Of a stretch of DNA of 64,000 nt, positions 40,161-50,105 are shown piece after piece. The stretch spans positions 1 through 64,000 of the forward strand of contig JBGAML010000001.1 of assembly GCA_044223005.1 (NCBI GenBank), read 5' to 3'. Made by a program: the position numbers and the translations under genes. How positions within the stretch are numbered: the stretch's first letter is position 1; each line of letters opens with the position of its first letter. The notes beneath the pieces were generated by a model. It searched no databases and had not been told where the DNA came from. It saw only the letters and a list, made by a program, of their open reading frames with translations. Source of the DNA: Candidatus Eiseniibacteriota bacterium. GTDB lineage: Bacteria > Eisenbacteria > RBG-16-71-46.

Positions 40161-40934
40161 ATGCGGGCCGCGAACCGCGTGACGCGGAGGGCGACCCGCC
40201 TCGCGGCCGTCCTCGGGCTGGCGACCGCGCTCGCCACGCCCGCGCACGGAGCGGATCCGTCGCAGCAGCACCTCGGCGAAGAGGCGTGCGTGGCGGCACT
40301 GCTCGACGCGGGCCGCGTGACGGTCGAGTTCTACGATCGCGAGGGCAAGCCGAGCTGGGGCGGTGACGCGGTCTTCCATGCCGACCAGCGCAACCACTTC
40401 ACCTACACGTACCGCTGGTTCGCCCGCGGCGAGTCGACCGAGGTGGTGATCGACGCGAAAGCCTCGCTCGAGATCCTGCCGATGCACACGATCCACCTGC
40501 CCCGGGGCCTGAACGATTCCACCGAGTGGTACCGGCGGCTGCGCCTCCACGAGCTGGATCACGTCGCCGTGTCGACGGACGAACGCCCGCGCCTCCTCGC
40601 CCGCTGGCTCGTCGCCCACCTGCCGCCCGTGGTGCGGCGCGTGCCGCGCGGCGAGGTCGTCGGTACGGCGCTCGCGAATCGCGCGATCGGCGAGGAGATC
40701 GAGGCGCGCTACCGCGCGGTGGTGAACCTGATCCAGGCCCAGGAGGCGCGACTGGATTCCGTGACCGCGCACGGTGTCGCGCCGCTTCCCGACCGGGAAG
40801 CGTTCTTCGCCGCGCTGTACGATGCCGGCGGGCTCGCGGCCGCGCGCTTCCCCTACCTCACCGACGTCGCGGCGCTGCTGGACGAGCCCCGCTACCGCAA
40901 CGCGCCGCGTCCGCGGTGCGATCCCACTCCCTGA
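40161..40934 (+). CDS. exported protein with HExxH motif (putative Zn-metallopeptidase)
   Basis: Signal peptide; IHLP...LRLHELDHV; LDSVTAHG. Confidence 0.6.
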   Translation: MRAANRVTRRATRLAAVLGLATALATPAHGADPSQQHLGEEACVAALLDAGRVTVEFYDREGKPSWGGDAVFHADQRNHFTYTYRWFARGESTEVVIDAKASLEILPMHTIHLPRGLNDSTEWYRRLRLHELDHVAVSTDERPRLLARWLVAHLPPVVRRVPRGEVVGTALANRAIGEEIEARYRAVVNLIQAQEARLDSVTAHGVAPLPDREAFFAALYDAGGLAAARFPYLTDVAALLDEPRYRNAPRPRCDPTP

Positions 40935-40942
40935 AGGACGCC

Positions 40943-41185
40943 ATGACCGGCACGCCCGAACCCGCCGACGACCCGCGCGCCTCGATCCCCCGCTTCGTCG
41001 CGCGCACGGTGCTGCTCTTCGTCTCGATCGCGCTGCTCTTCCCCAACCTGCTCGACCGTTTCACCGCCGGCGCGTGGGCGCGCTGGGTGAACAGCCTCGG
41101 TGCCGGCCGCTGGGCCGCGTGGGGCGCGTGCTTCGTCGCGATGATGGTGCTGCGTTTCGCAGGCGGACCCAAGCGCGGCGAGTGA
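40943..41185 (+). CDS. small 2-TM membrane protein
   Basis: AAGGA RBS; two hydrophobic helices. Confidence 0.6.
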   Translation: MTGTPEPADDPRASIPRFVARTVLLFVSIALLFPNLLDRFTAGAWARWVNSLGAGRWAAWGACFVAMMVLRFAGGPKRGE

Positions 41186-41378
41186 GCCGGCGCGAACGCC
41201 AAAACCGTTCTCCCACCGAGGATGTTCCCCCACAAGCGCGCACGCTCGTGCGATTTGCACGCCGAAACCACCACGCGCGGCGATTCGTAATTCACTCGAC
41301 CGGCGAACGGGAGCGGTTGCCGCCAATGCGGGCGTCCGCCACACTCCCGCCGGTCCCGAACCGGAAGGAGCCGCTCCG

Positions 41379-41969
41379 ATGGTGCTGCCGATCCTGCTGC
41401 TCGTGGTCGTCGTGGTCGTCGTGATGATGTTCGCGGGTGTCTACAACGGCATGGTCTCCGCGCGGAACCGCGTGAAGAACGCGTTCGCGCAGATCGACGT
41501 GCAGCTCACGCGCCGCTACGACCTGATCCCGAACCTGGTCGAGACGGCGAAGGGCTACATGGCGCACGAGCGCGACACGCTCGAAGCCGTCGTGAAGGCG
41601 CGCAACGCGGCGGTCTCCGGGCTCGCGGCCGCCAAGGCCGACCCGTCGAGCGGCGGCGGCATCCAGCAGCTCGCCGGCGCCGACACGGCGCTGACCGGTG
41701 CGCTCGGCCGGCTACTCGCCGTGGCCGAGGCGTACCCGGACCTCAAGGCGAACCAGACCATGATGCAGCTCTCCGAGGAGCTGACGAGCACGGAGAACAA
41801 GGTCGCCTTCTCGCGCCAGGCGTTCAACGACTCCGTGATGCAGTACAACAACAGCATCCAAGTGTTCCCCAACAACCTGCTCGCCGGCTCGTTCGGGTTC
41901 CAGCCGGCCGAGATGCTGCAGATCGAGGACGCGGCCAAGCGCGAGGCTCCGAAGGTCTCGTTCTCCTGA
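41379..41969 (+). CDS. lemA: LemA family protein
   Basis: QIDVQLTRRYDLIPNLVET, EAYPDLKAN, EEL.STENK, FPNNL. Confidence 0.96.
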   Translation: MVLPILLLVVVVVVVMMFAGVYNGMVSARNRVKNAFAQIDVQLTRRYDLIPNLVETAKGYMAHERDTLEAVVKARNAAVSGLAAAKADPSSGGGIQQLAGADTALTGALGRLLAVAEAYPDLKANQTMMQLSEELTSTENKVAFSRQAFNDSVMQYNNSIQVFPNNLLAGSFGFQPAEMLQIEDAAKREAPKVSFS

Positions 41970-41971
41970 CC

Positions 41972-43882
41972 ATGGATTTCTTCGCACGCCAGGAACGGGC
42001 TCGCGCGCAGACGCGCGAGCTCGTCGTCCTCTTCGCGCTGTCGGTCACCGTCGTCGTCGTGGTCCTGACGGCGGTGCTGGTGGCGATCCTCGCGACGTGG
42101 GCGAAGCAGGGTGCGCTGCTGGAGCACCCCGCCCAGTGGCTCGTCGCGAACGCACCGCTCGTGCTCGGATGCGCGCTGGCCGTGCTGGCGATCGTGGCCG
42201 CGGGCTCGGGGCTCAAGTCCATGCAGCTCGCGGCGGGCGGCAGCACGGTGGCGCGGTTGATGGGCGCCGACCGCGTGGACCCGAACACGCGCGATCCGCT
42301 GCGCAAGCGGCTCGTCAACGTGGTCGAGGAGATGGCGATCGCGTCGGGCGTGCCCGTGCCGGCCGTCTACGTCATGGAGGGCGAGCGCGGCCTGAACGCG
42401 TTCGCGGCCGGGTTCTCGCCGGCGGATTCGTGCGTCACGGTCACGCAGGGCGCGCTCGAGACGTTCGATCGCGAGGAGCTGCAGGGCGTCATCGGCCACG
42501 AGTTCAGCCACATCCTGAACGGCGACATGCGCCTCAACATGCGCCTGCTCGCCATGGTCGCCGGGCTGTTCGCGCTCACCACCGTGGGACGGCTGCTCAT
42601 GCGCGGCGGCTCGCGCAGCCGCAAGGGCGGCGGCCTCGTGGTGATGGGACTCGCGATGTTCGTGCTCGGCGGCATCGGCATGCTGCTCGGGCGCATGATC
42701 CAGGCGGCCATCTCGCGCCAGCGCGAGTACCTCGCCGACGCGTCGGCGGTGCAGTTCACGCGCGATCCGCGCGGCCTGCGCGACGCGCTGGTCAAGATCG
42801 GCGCCCGCGAAGGCGGTGGCCGCGTCGCCACCGACGAGGCGCACGAGGTCGCGCACATGCTGTTCGCGTCGGGATTCTCGGAGACGTTCGCCACGCATCC
42901 GCCGATCGGCGACCGCATCCGCGCGCTCGACCCCGCGTTCGGGCCGGACGAGTTCGAACGCGTGGCGAAGGAACTCGAGGCCTCGCGCCCCGCTCCGAAG
43001 CCGGCGGAGCACACGCCCGCCGCCGCGAAGCTCGCGGGCCTCGCGAGCGCGACCGTCGCGGCGACGATCGCGGCCGACGGCGTCGCCCGCAACGTGGGCC
43101 GCCCGCGCCTGCCGCACGTGCGCTACGCGGGACTGCTTCGCGCCGCGCTGCCGGAGCCGCTCGCGGCGGACACCGCGGACCCGGCGGGCGCACGCGCGCT
43201 GCTCGCCGCGCTGCTGTGGACCGGCGGCGCAGGCGGCGACACCGCGGGCACGATCGCGGCCGCGTTCGGCGCGGACACCGCCACGGCGGCGGCCGCGAAG
43301 CGCGAAGCGGTGGCGGCGCTACCCGGGAACCAGCGCCTGCCGCTGCTGCTCCAGCTCGTGCCGGCGCTCGGCCGGCTGCCGCAGGCCGATCGCGAGGCGC
43401 TCGTCGCCGCGATCGACCGCGTCGTGCGCGCCGACGGCACGATCACGCTCTCCGAGTACGCGCTGGCGCGGCTCGCGCGCGTGCACCTCGCCGCGCAGGT
43501 CGCGCCGCCGCCGCTGGCCGGTACGGCGACGCTGCGCCAGCTCGAGACCGAGCTGCAGGTGGTGTGCGCCGTGCTCGCGCACGCCGGCACGACGGACGAG
43601 GCCGCCGCGCGCGATGCGTGCGAGCGCGGGCTCACGCGCGCGCTGCCGGGCCGGCCGACGCCGTTCGCGCCGCCGCGCGACTGGGTGCCCGCGCTCGACG
43701 AGGCGCTCGACCGGCTCGACACGCTGCGGCCCGCCGAGAAGGAGCGCCTCGTGGACGCGATCGGCCTCGTCGTCGCCGCCGACGGCACGCTCGCGCTCGC
43801 CGAGGCCGAGCTGCTGCGCGCGATCTGCGGCTCGCTCCACTGCCCGCTGCCGCCGCTGATCGAGGCGCCCGAAGCGGCCTGA
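41972..43882 (+). CDS. M48 (HtpX-like) metalloprotease with C-terminal TerB-like domains
   Basis: NVVEEMAIASG, NAFAAG, HEFSH, SRQREYLADA, THPP; ADG...E repeats. Confidence 0.92.
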   Translation: MDFFARQERARAQTRELVVLFALSVTVVVVVLTAVLVAILATWAKQGALLEHPAQWLVANAPLVLGCALAVLAIVAAGSGLKSMQLAAGGSTVARLMGADRVDPNTRDPLRKRLVNVVEEMAIASGVPVPAVYVMEGERGLNAFAAGFSPADSCVTVTQGALETFDREELQGVIGHEFSHILNGDMRLNMRLLAMVAGLFALTTVGRLLMRGGSRSRKGGGLVVMGLAMFVLGGIGMLLGRMIQAAISRQREYLADASAVQFTRDPRGLRDALVKIGAREGGGRVATDEAHEVAHMLFASGFSETFATHPPIGDRIRALDPAFGPDEFERVAKELEASRPAPKPAEHTPAAAKLAGLASATVAATIAADGVARNVGRPRLPHVRYAGLLRAALPEPLAADTADPAGARALLAALLWTGGAGGDTAGTIAAAFGADTATAAAAKREAVAALPGNQRLPLLLQLVPALGRLPQADREALVAAIDRVVRADGTITLSEYALARLARVHLAAQVAPPPLAGTATLRQLETELQVVCAVLAHAGTTDEAAARDACERGLTRALPGRPTPFAPPRDWVPALDEALDRLDTLRPAEKERLVDAIGLVVAADGTLALAEAELLRAICGSLHCPLPPLIEAPEAA

Positions 43883-43896
43883 CGCCGCGAACGCCG

Positions 43897-43928
43897 GACG
43901 GGCCGCGCGGTCACCCGCGCGGCCCGTC
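43897..43928. terminator. hairpin between convergent M48 and trpB2 genes
   Basis: gacgggccgcgcgg-tcac-ccgcgcggcccgtc. Confidence 0.7.
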
Positions 43929-43943
43929 GCGTTTCCGTTCCGG

Positions 43944-45299
43944 TCAGACCTGCGGCAGCGTCGCGAGCGCGGCGCGGATCTTGTCTTCCGGGTACTCCTG
44001 GTCCACGAGTTCGCCCGCGAAGTACTTCTGGTACGAGCCGAGGTCGAAGTGCCCGTGGCCGCTGGCGATGAACACGATCGTCTTCTTCTCGCCGGTCTCC
44101 TTGCAGCGCAGCGCCTCGTCGATCACCGAGCGGATCGCGTGCGACGTCTCGGGCGCCGGCACGTGCCCCTCGCTGCGCGCGAACTGCACGCCGGCCTCGA
44201 AAACCGGCGTCTGGTGATGCGCCTCGGCGGAGATCAGTCCGAGGTCGTAGAGATGGCACACGACCGGCGCCATGCCGTGGTAGCGCAGGCCGCCCGCATG
44301 GATCGGCGGCGGCACGAAGTCGTGCCCCAGCGTGTGCATCTTCATGAGCGGCGTGGTGCCCGCCGTGTCGCCGAAGTCGTAGTGGTACACGCCGCGCGTC
44401 AGGCTCGGGCACGAGGCCGGCTCGGCCGCGACGATGCGCGTCTTCTTCCCGCTCACGATCTTGTCGCGCACGAACGGCAGCGCGAGACCCGCGAAGTTCG
44501 AGCCGCCGCCCGCGCAGCCCACGACCGTGTCCGGGTACTCGCCCGCCATCTCGAGCTGCTTGAGCGTCTCGAGCCCGATCACGGTCTGGTGCATGAGCAC
44601 GTGGTTGAGCACGCTGCCGAGCGAGTACTTGGTGTCCTCGCGCGTCGCGGCGTCTTCGACGGCTTCGCTGATCGCGATGCCGAGCGAACCGGGCGAGTCG
44701 GGATCCTTCGCGAGCACCGCGCGGCCGGCGTTCGTCTCGGGCGACGGACTCGCGACGCACTTCCCGCCCCACGTCTCCATGAGCATGCGGCGGTAGGGCT
44801 TCTGGTCGTAGCTCACGCGCACCATGTAGACCTTGCACTCGAGCCCGTACAGGCTGGTCGCGAACGAGAGCGCGCTGCCCCACTGGCCCGCGCCGGTCTC
44901 GGTGGCGAGACGCTTCACGCCCTCGGCGTGGTTGTACCAGGCCTGCGGCACGGCGGTGTTGGGCTTGTGGCTGCCCGCGGGGCTCACGCCCTCCCACTTG
45001 TAGAAGATCTTCGCGGGCGTGCCGAGCGCCTGCTCGAGCCGGCGCGCGCGCACGAGCGGCGTCGGGCGCCAGATGCGGTACGCGTCGAGCACGGGCTCGG
45101 GAATGTCGATCCAGCGCTCGGTCGAGACCTCCTGCAGGATCAGCCCCATCGGGAAGAGCGGCGCGAGGTCGCCCGGCCCGATCGGCTGCTTGGTGCCCGG
45201 ATGGATCACCGCGGGCAGCGGCTTCGGCAGGTCCGCCTGGATGTTGTACCACTGCCGTGGCATGTCCGATTCACTGAGGAAGATCTTCGTCGAGTCCAT
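43944..45299 (-). CDS. trpB2: stand-alone tryptophan synthase beta chain, TrpB2 type
   Basis: [25 protein letters not shown] (PLP Lys), [44 protein letters not shown]; no trpA nearby. Confidence 0.95.
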   Translation of the reverse strand: MDSTKIFLSESDMPRQWYNIQADLPKPLPAVIHPGTKQPIGPGDLAPLFPMGLILQEVSTERWIDIPEPVLDAYRIWRPTPLVRARRLEQALGTPAKIFYKWEGVSPAGSHKPNTAVPQAWYNHAEGVKRLATETGAGQWGSALSFATSLYGLECKVYMVRVSYDQKPYRRMLMETWGGKCVASPSPETNAGRAVLAKDPDSPGSLGIAISEAVEDAATREDTKYSLGSVLNHVLMHQTVIGLETLKQLEMAGEYPDTVVGCAGGGSNFAGLALPFVRDKIVSGKKTRIVAAEPASCPSLTRGVYHYDFGDTAGTTPLMKMHTLGHDFVPPPIHAGGLRYHGMAPVVCHLYDLGLISAEAHHQTPVFEAGVQFARSEGHVPAPETSHAIRSVIDEALRCKETGEKKTIVFIASGHGHFDLGSYQKYFAGELVDQEYPEDKIRAALATLPQV

Positions 45300-45355
45300 C
45301 TCGGCTCCCGGGGTACGTGCTGCGGTGGAGGCGACGGCCGCGGTGGTGCGAGACG

Positions 45356-45387
45356 AAAACACCCGCCGCGATTCGTCGCAGCGGGTG
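45356..45387 (-). terminator. attenuator (3:4) intrinsic terminator
   Basis: Minus strand CACCCGCTGCGA-CGAA-TCGCGGCGGGTG-TTTT between the leader stop and the trpB2 start. Confidence 0.85.
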
Positions 45388-45407
45388 GTGCGGTCGGTCG
45401 GATCCGG

Positions 45408-45491
45408 TCAGGTCGCGAACGCGTGCGCACGCCTCCCACTGCGGCGGGAGCGCCACCACCAGCGATGGAGGAATGCGGAGCGAGCGGACAC
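45408..45491 (-). CDS. trpL: Trp-rich attenuation leader peptide (27 aa)
   Basis: GAGGTG RBS then GTG; MSARSAFLHRWWWRSRRSGRRAHAFAT*; three tandem TGG at 45453-45461. Confidence 0.85.
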   Translation of the reverse strand: MSARSAFLHRWWWRSRRSGRRAHAFAT

Positions 45492-45703
45492 GACGGGACA
45501 CCTCGCGGTTGGGGAACAGCCGCGGCGGCCCCACCCGCCGCGGAAGTCCGTCAATTGCAGCGCGGGGACCGCGCGGGGGTCAAGGGGATTCGTGGCGAGG
45601 ACGCGATGAAACACGCGACATGGCGCGGACCGCGAAGACCGCGATGCCCCGCTCCCGGGACCGCCGCGATGCCGATCGGGCCCGCTCCCCTTAGGATGGC
45701 CGC

Positions 45704-46978
45704 ATGAGCCGGTACGTCCTCAACACGTTCGGGTCGCTGGGCGACCTGCATCCCTTCCTCGCGGTCGGGCGCGCCCTGCGCGCGCGCGGGCACGCGGTCG
45801 TGCTCGCGACCCACGCCGATTACCGCGAGCGGATCGAGACGGCGGGCCTCGCCTTTCACGCGGTGCCGCCGGCGCTCGCCGACGTCGGCGATCTCGACGC
45901 CACGCTCCGGCGAGCGATGCACCGCACGCGTGGCACCTACGAGGTGATCCACCGGCTGTGCCTGCCGCACGTCCGCGGCGCCACCGAGGCGATGCGCGCG
46001 GCGCTGCGCGACGCGGACGTCCTGCTGTCGCACCCGTTGTCGTTCGGCGCGGTGCTCGCGGCGGAATCGCTCGGCGTGCCCCGCGCGCACGCGATCCTGC
46101 AGCCCATCACCACGTACTCGTGCGCCGATCCGCCGTACGCGCCCGACGTTCCGCTGGTCGAGGCGCTCCTCGGCCGCGACCCCGGCCGCTGGCGCGCGGC
46201 GTATCGCCTCGTGCGCGCACTGACACGCGGCTGGTTCCGCGAGGTCGACGCGCTGCGCCGCGAGCTGCGACTGCCGCCCGATCGCGGCCATCCGCTCGTC
46301 GACATGGCGTCGCCGCGGCTCAACGTCGCGCTCTTCTCCCCCGTGCTCATGGATCCGCAGCCCGACTGGCCGCCGCACACCGTGGTCACGGGCTTCCCGC
46401 GCTACGACCGCGACGAACGCGGCGGCGGCGCGCCGCCCGAGCTGACGGCGTTTCTCGCCGCGGGCGAGCCGCCGGTCGTATTCACGCTCGGCTCGTCGGG
46501 CGTGTTCGACGCGGGTGGCTTCTACGACGAGGCGGTTCGGGCGACGCGCGCACTCGGCCGGCGCGCCGTACTGCTGTGTGGGCCGGACGGGCGCAACCGC
46601 TCCGCCGCGACGCAGGGCGCCGACGTGCTGGCGCTGGACTACGCGCCGCACTCCGAGCTCTTCCCGCACGCCGCCGTCAACGTGCTCTCCGGCGGCATCG
46701 GCACCACCGGGACCGCGCTCGCCGCGGGACGGCCGATGCTCTTCGTGCCACTGAGCCACGACCAGCCCGACAACGCCGCGCGATGCCGCCGTCTCGGGCT
46801 CGCGCGGATCGTCCCGCGCGGGGCCTGGCGTGCGGAACGCGCCGCGGCCGAGCTGCGCGCACTGCTCGCCGATCACGACGCGGCCGCGCGCGCGGCGGAG
46901 ATCGGCGCGCGGGTGCGCGCCGAGGACGGCGCCGTGGCGGCGGCGGACGCGCTCGAACGGTTCGCCGGCGCGAAATGA
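45704..46978 (+). CDS. GT1-family glycosyltransferase (RhlB/MGT-like)
   Basis: GSLGDLHPF, RGH, VFTLGS, YAPHSELFP, GGIGTT, HDQPDNA. Confidence 0.92.
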   Translation: MSRYVLNTFGSLGDLHPFLAVGRALRARGHAVVLATHADYRERIETAGLAFHAVPPALADVGDLDATLRRAMHRTRGTYEVIHRLCLPHVRGATEAMRAALRDADVLLSHPLSFGAVLAAESLGVPRAHAILQPITTYSCADPPYAPDVPLVEALLGRDPGRWRAAYRLVRALTRGWFREVDALRRELRLPPDRGHPLVDMASPRLNVALFSPVLMDPQPDWPPHTVVTGFPRYDRDERGGGAPPELTAFLAAGEPPVVFTLGSSGVFDAGGFYDEAVRATRALGRRAVLLCGPDGRNRSAATQGADVLALDYAPHSELFPHAAVNVLSGGIGTTGTALAAGRPMLFVPLSHDQPDNAARCRRLGLARIVPRGAWRAERAAAELRALLADHDAAARAAEIGARVRAEDGAVAAADALERFAGAK

Positions 46979-47033
46979 ACGGGGCGCGCCGCGCGAACGC
47001 GCGGTGCGCCCCGGCTGCGCCCGTGCGGACGCG

Positions 47034-48287
47034 CTACGCCTTCTCCTCCCACACGCGGATCAGCTCCAGCACGACGTGCGCCGACTTCTCCATGTCCTGC
47101 GCCGAGATCCATTCGAGCCGGGAATGGAAGTTGTGCTGGCCCGTGAACAGGTTGGGCGTCGGCAGCCCCATCTCGGAGAGGATCGAGCCGTCGGTACCGC
47201 CGCGGATCTGGCTCTCGATCGGCTCGAGCCCGGCGCGGCGGATCGCCTCGCGCGCGTTCGCCACCACCTCGGGCGCCCGGTCGAGCGCCTCGCGCATGTT
47301 GCGGTACTGCTCGCGCACCTCGCACGTGACCGACGAGCCCGGCCACGCGGAGACCGCCTCCTTCGCGAGCCTCTCGATCATCGCTTCCTTCTCGGCGAGA
47401 CCCGCGGTGCGGAAGTCGCGCACGATGAACCCGACCGAGGTCTCGTCCACGGTCGCGGTGACGTCGTTGGCGTGCACGAAGCCCTCGCGGTCCTTCGTCG
47501 TCTCGGGCGAGAGCGTGTCCTTGGGCAGTCGCGCGATGAAATCGGCCGCGACCCGGATCGAGTTCACCATCTCGCGGTACGCGAGCCCCGGGTGGGTGTT
47601 GAAGCCGCGGAACGTGACGGTCATCGCGTCGGCCGAGAACGTCTCCGCATCCAGCTTGCCGAGCCCTTCGCCATCCAGCGTGTAGGCGCAGTGCGCCCCG
47701 AAGCGCTGCACGTCGAAGTGGCGCACGCCGCGGCCGATCTCCTCGTCGGGCGTGAACGCCAGCCGCACGGCGCCGTGCGGCACGTCCGGATTCTTCACGA
47801 GCCACTCCGCCACGGCCATCGCGACCGCGACGCCCGACTTGTCGTCGGCGCCGAGCAACGTGTCGCCCGACGAGGTGACGATGTCCTCGCCCTCCTTGCC
47901 GCGCAGTTCGGCGATCTCGGAGGGGCGCAGCACCGCGCCCGCGTGCTTCGGCAGCACGATGTCGCGGCCGTCCCACGCGCGATGCACGATCGGCTGGACG
48001 TTCGCGCCGCTCAGCTCGGGCGAGGTGTCCACGTGCGCGACGAAACCGATCACGGGCACGTTCGGCTTCTTCGACGTGGCCGGGATCGTCGCCATGACGA
48101 TGCCCTGGTCGTCGCGGATCGCGTCGCGGATGCCGAGCGCGTGCAGCTCGCTCACGAGTTCGTCGAGCAGCACGAGCTGCTTCTTGGTGCTCGGCACCGA
48201 CGGCGATCCGGGATCGGACTGCGTGTCGTACGTGACGTACTTGAGGAACCGCTCGAGAGCGGTGGTGCGCAGCACGGTCGTGTTCAT
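47034..48287 (-). CDS. pepT: peptidase T (M20B tripeptidase)
   Basis: ERFLKYV..DTQSD, AHVDTS, LGADDKSG, FTPDEEIG, HPG, IRGGTDG, HNFHS. Confidence 0.95.
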   Translation of the reverse strand: MNTTVLRTTALERFLKYVTYDTQSDPGSPSVPSTKKQLVLLDELVSELHALGIRDAIRDDQGIVMATIPATSKKPNVPVIGFVAHVDTSPELSGANVQPIVHRAWDGRDIVLPKHAGAVLRPSEIAELRGKEGEDIVTSSGDTLLGADDKSGVAVAMAVAEWLVKNPDVPHGAVRLAFTPDEEIGRGVRHFDVQRFGAHCAYTLDGEGLGKLDAETFSADAMTVTFRGFNTHPGLAYREMVNSIRVAADFIARLPKDTLSPETTKDREGFVHANDVTATVDETSVGFIVRDFRTAGLAEKEAMIERLAKEAVSAWPGSSVTCEVREQYRNMREALDRAPEVVANAREAIRRAGLEPIESQIRGGTDGSILSEMGLPTPNLFTGQHNFHSRLEWISAQDMEKSAHVVLELIRVWEEKA

Positions 48288-48478
48288 GGGGGGGGACTCG
48301 AAGGTTGCGGGTTCACGGCATGGGGGGCCAACCGCCACCGACCCTAGGCCGGGCAGGAGGCCGCGGCAAGGCCGGCGTTCCCCGCGCCGGGCGTTTTCGC
48401 GGTGGCCGCCGGGGGGCCGGGCTGTCTATGCTCCCCTGTCTTTCGTTCGAAGCGCGCCGAACCAACAGGAGGAAATCC

Positions 48479-50026
48479 ATGGCCACCGCCGCCGCGGGCG
48501 TCCCGAAGACGGGCAAGACCCTCATGGGTCACCCGCCGGGACTGTTCGTGCTGTTCTTCACCGAGATGTGGGAGCGCATGAGCTACTACGGCATGCGGGC
48601 GCTGCTCTCGCTCTACATGCTCAACTTCCTGTTCGTGAAGCCCGACGTCGGCGCCAGGATCCTGGGATTCGATTACGTGAGCCACGTGTTCCAGGGCCTC
48701 TTCGGGACCGCGTGGACGCCCCAGCCGCTGCAGTCGTGGGTTTACGGTCTCTATACTGCCTTCGTGTACCTGACGCCGTTCTTCGGCGGCCTGCTCGCCG
48801 ACCGCGTGCTCGGGCGGCGCTGGGCGGTGATCGTGGGCGGCGCGCTCATGGCGATCGGCCACTTCCTGATGGCCATGGAGAACCTGTTCTTCCCGGCGCT
48901 GATGTTCCTGATTCTCGGCAACGGGTGCTTCAAGCCGAACATCTCGACGCAGGTCGGCAAGCTCTATCCGGAAGGCGACCACCGCCGGGACAGTGCGTTC
49001 TCGATCTTCTACATCGGCATCAACGTCGGCGCGTTCCTCGCGCCGATGATCTGCGGCACGCTCGGGCAGATCAAGATCAACGGCGTGCAGCACTGGCACT
49101 GGGGCTTCGCGGCCGCCGGCGTGGGCATGGTGCTCGGCTTGATCAACTACCTCATCTTCCAGCGCTACCTGCCCGACGAGCCGCCGCCGACGCCGTCGAA
49201 GACCGCGCCGGTCGCGGGCGTCGCCGTGTACCTCGTCGGCGTCACGCTGATGATCTTCGGGCTGCTCTACGTGATGACGCTGCCGCTGCTGGTGCGCGGC
49301 ATCCTCGCCGCGATCGTGGCGCTCGCGCTGGTCGTGTGGCTCTGGCGGCTGCCGCGCGACGAACGGCCGCGCGTGGTCGCGATCTTCATCGCCTGCTTCA
49401 TCGTCGCCGCGTTCTGGGCCGTGTACGAGCAGCAGGGCAACACGCTGCAGGTCTGGGCCGACCAGAACACGCACTGGCCCACGCTGTTCGGGTTCGCGAT
49501 CCCGACCACGTGGTACCAGGCGTTCAACCCCTTCATGATCTGGTTCTTCACGCCGGTGCTGATCGGGCTCTGGAACTGGCAGTCGAAGCGCAAGCAGGAG
49601 CCGTCGAGCCTCGTGAAGATGGCGATCGGCTGCACGCTGCTGGGCCTGGGCTTCGTCATCCTGGTGTTCGCCGCGCACGGCATGGCGCCCGACGCCAAGC
49701 GCAACCTGATGTGGCTGTTCGGCTCGACTGCCGTGTTCACGATCGGCGAGCTCTACCTCTCGCCGATCGGGCTCTCGTTCGTGACCAAGGTCTCGCCGGC
49801 GCGCATCGTGTCGATGATGATGGGCGTGTGGTTCCTCGCGAACTTCATCGGCAACTACATGGCCGGCTACCTCGGCACGTTCTACGAGAGCATGCCGAAG
49901 GAGAACTTCTTCTACCTGATGCTGGGCATCGGCGTGACGGCGGGACTCGTGCTCTTCGTGATGAGCAAGCCGCTCGGGAAGATCGTGGACGCGCACGACC
50001 GGCAGGAGGCCCCGGCGCAGCACTGA
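48479..50026 (+). CDS. POT/PTR-family proton-dependent oligopeptide transporter
   Basis: GHPPGL..LFFTEMWERMSYYGMR, GGLLADR, FKPNIS, FSIFYIGINVGA, GELYLSPIG; AGGAGG RBS. Confidence 0.95.
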   Translation: MATAAAGVPKTGKTLMGHPPGLFVLFFTEMWERMSYYGMRALLSLYMLNFLFVKPDVGARILGFDYVSHVFQGLFGTAWTPQPLQSWVYGLYTAFVYLTPFFGGLLADRVLGRRWAVIVGGALMAIGHFLMAMENLFFPALMFLILGNGCFKPNISTQVGKLYPEGDHRRDSAFSIFYIGINVGAFLAPMICGTLGQIKINGVQHWHWGFAAAGVGMVLGLINYLIFQRYLPDEPPPTPSKTAPVAGVAVYLVGVTLMIFGLLYVMTLPLLVRGILAAIVALALVVWLWRLPRDERPRVVAIFIACFIVAAFWAVYEQQGNTLQVWADQNTHWPTLFGFAIPTTWYQAFNPFMIWFFTPVLIGLWNWQSKRKQEPSSLVKMAIGCTLLGLGFVILVFAAHGMAPDAKRNLMWLFGSTAVFTIGELYLSPIGLSFVTKVSPARIVSMMMGVWFLANFIGNYMAGYLGTFYESMPKENFFYLMLGIGVTAGLVLFVMSKPLGKIVDAHDRQEAPAQH

Positions 50027-50049
50027 CGCGCCGCGTCCGCGCAACGAAG

Positions 50050-50082
50050 AAGGCCCGGGCGGAGCGATCCGCCCGGGCCTTT
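50050..50082. terminator. bidirectional terminator between POT and OPT genes
   Basis: aaggcccgggcgga-gcga-tccgcccgggcctt(t). Confidence 0.75.
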
Positions 50083-50105
50083 CGCGTGTCGCGACACCGG
50101 CTCCG

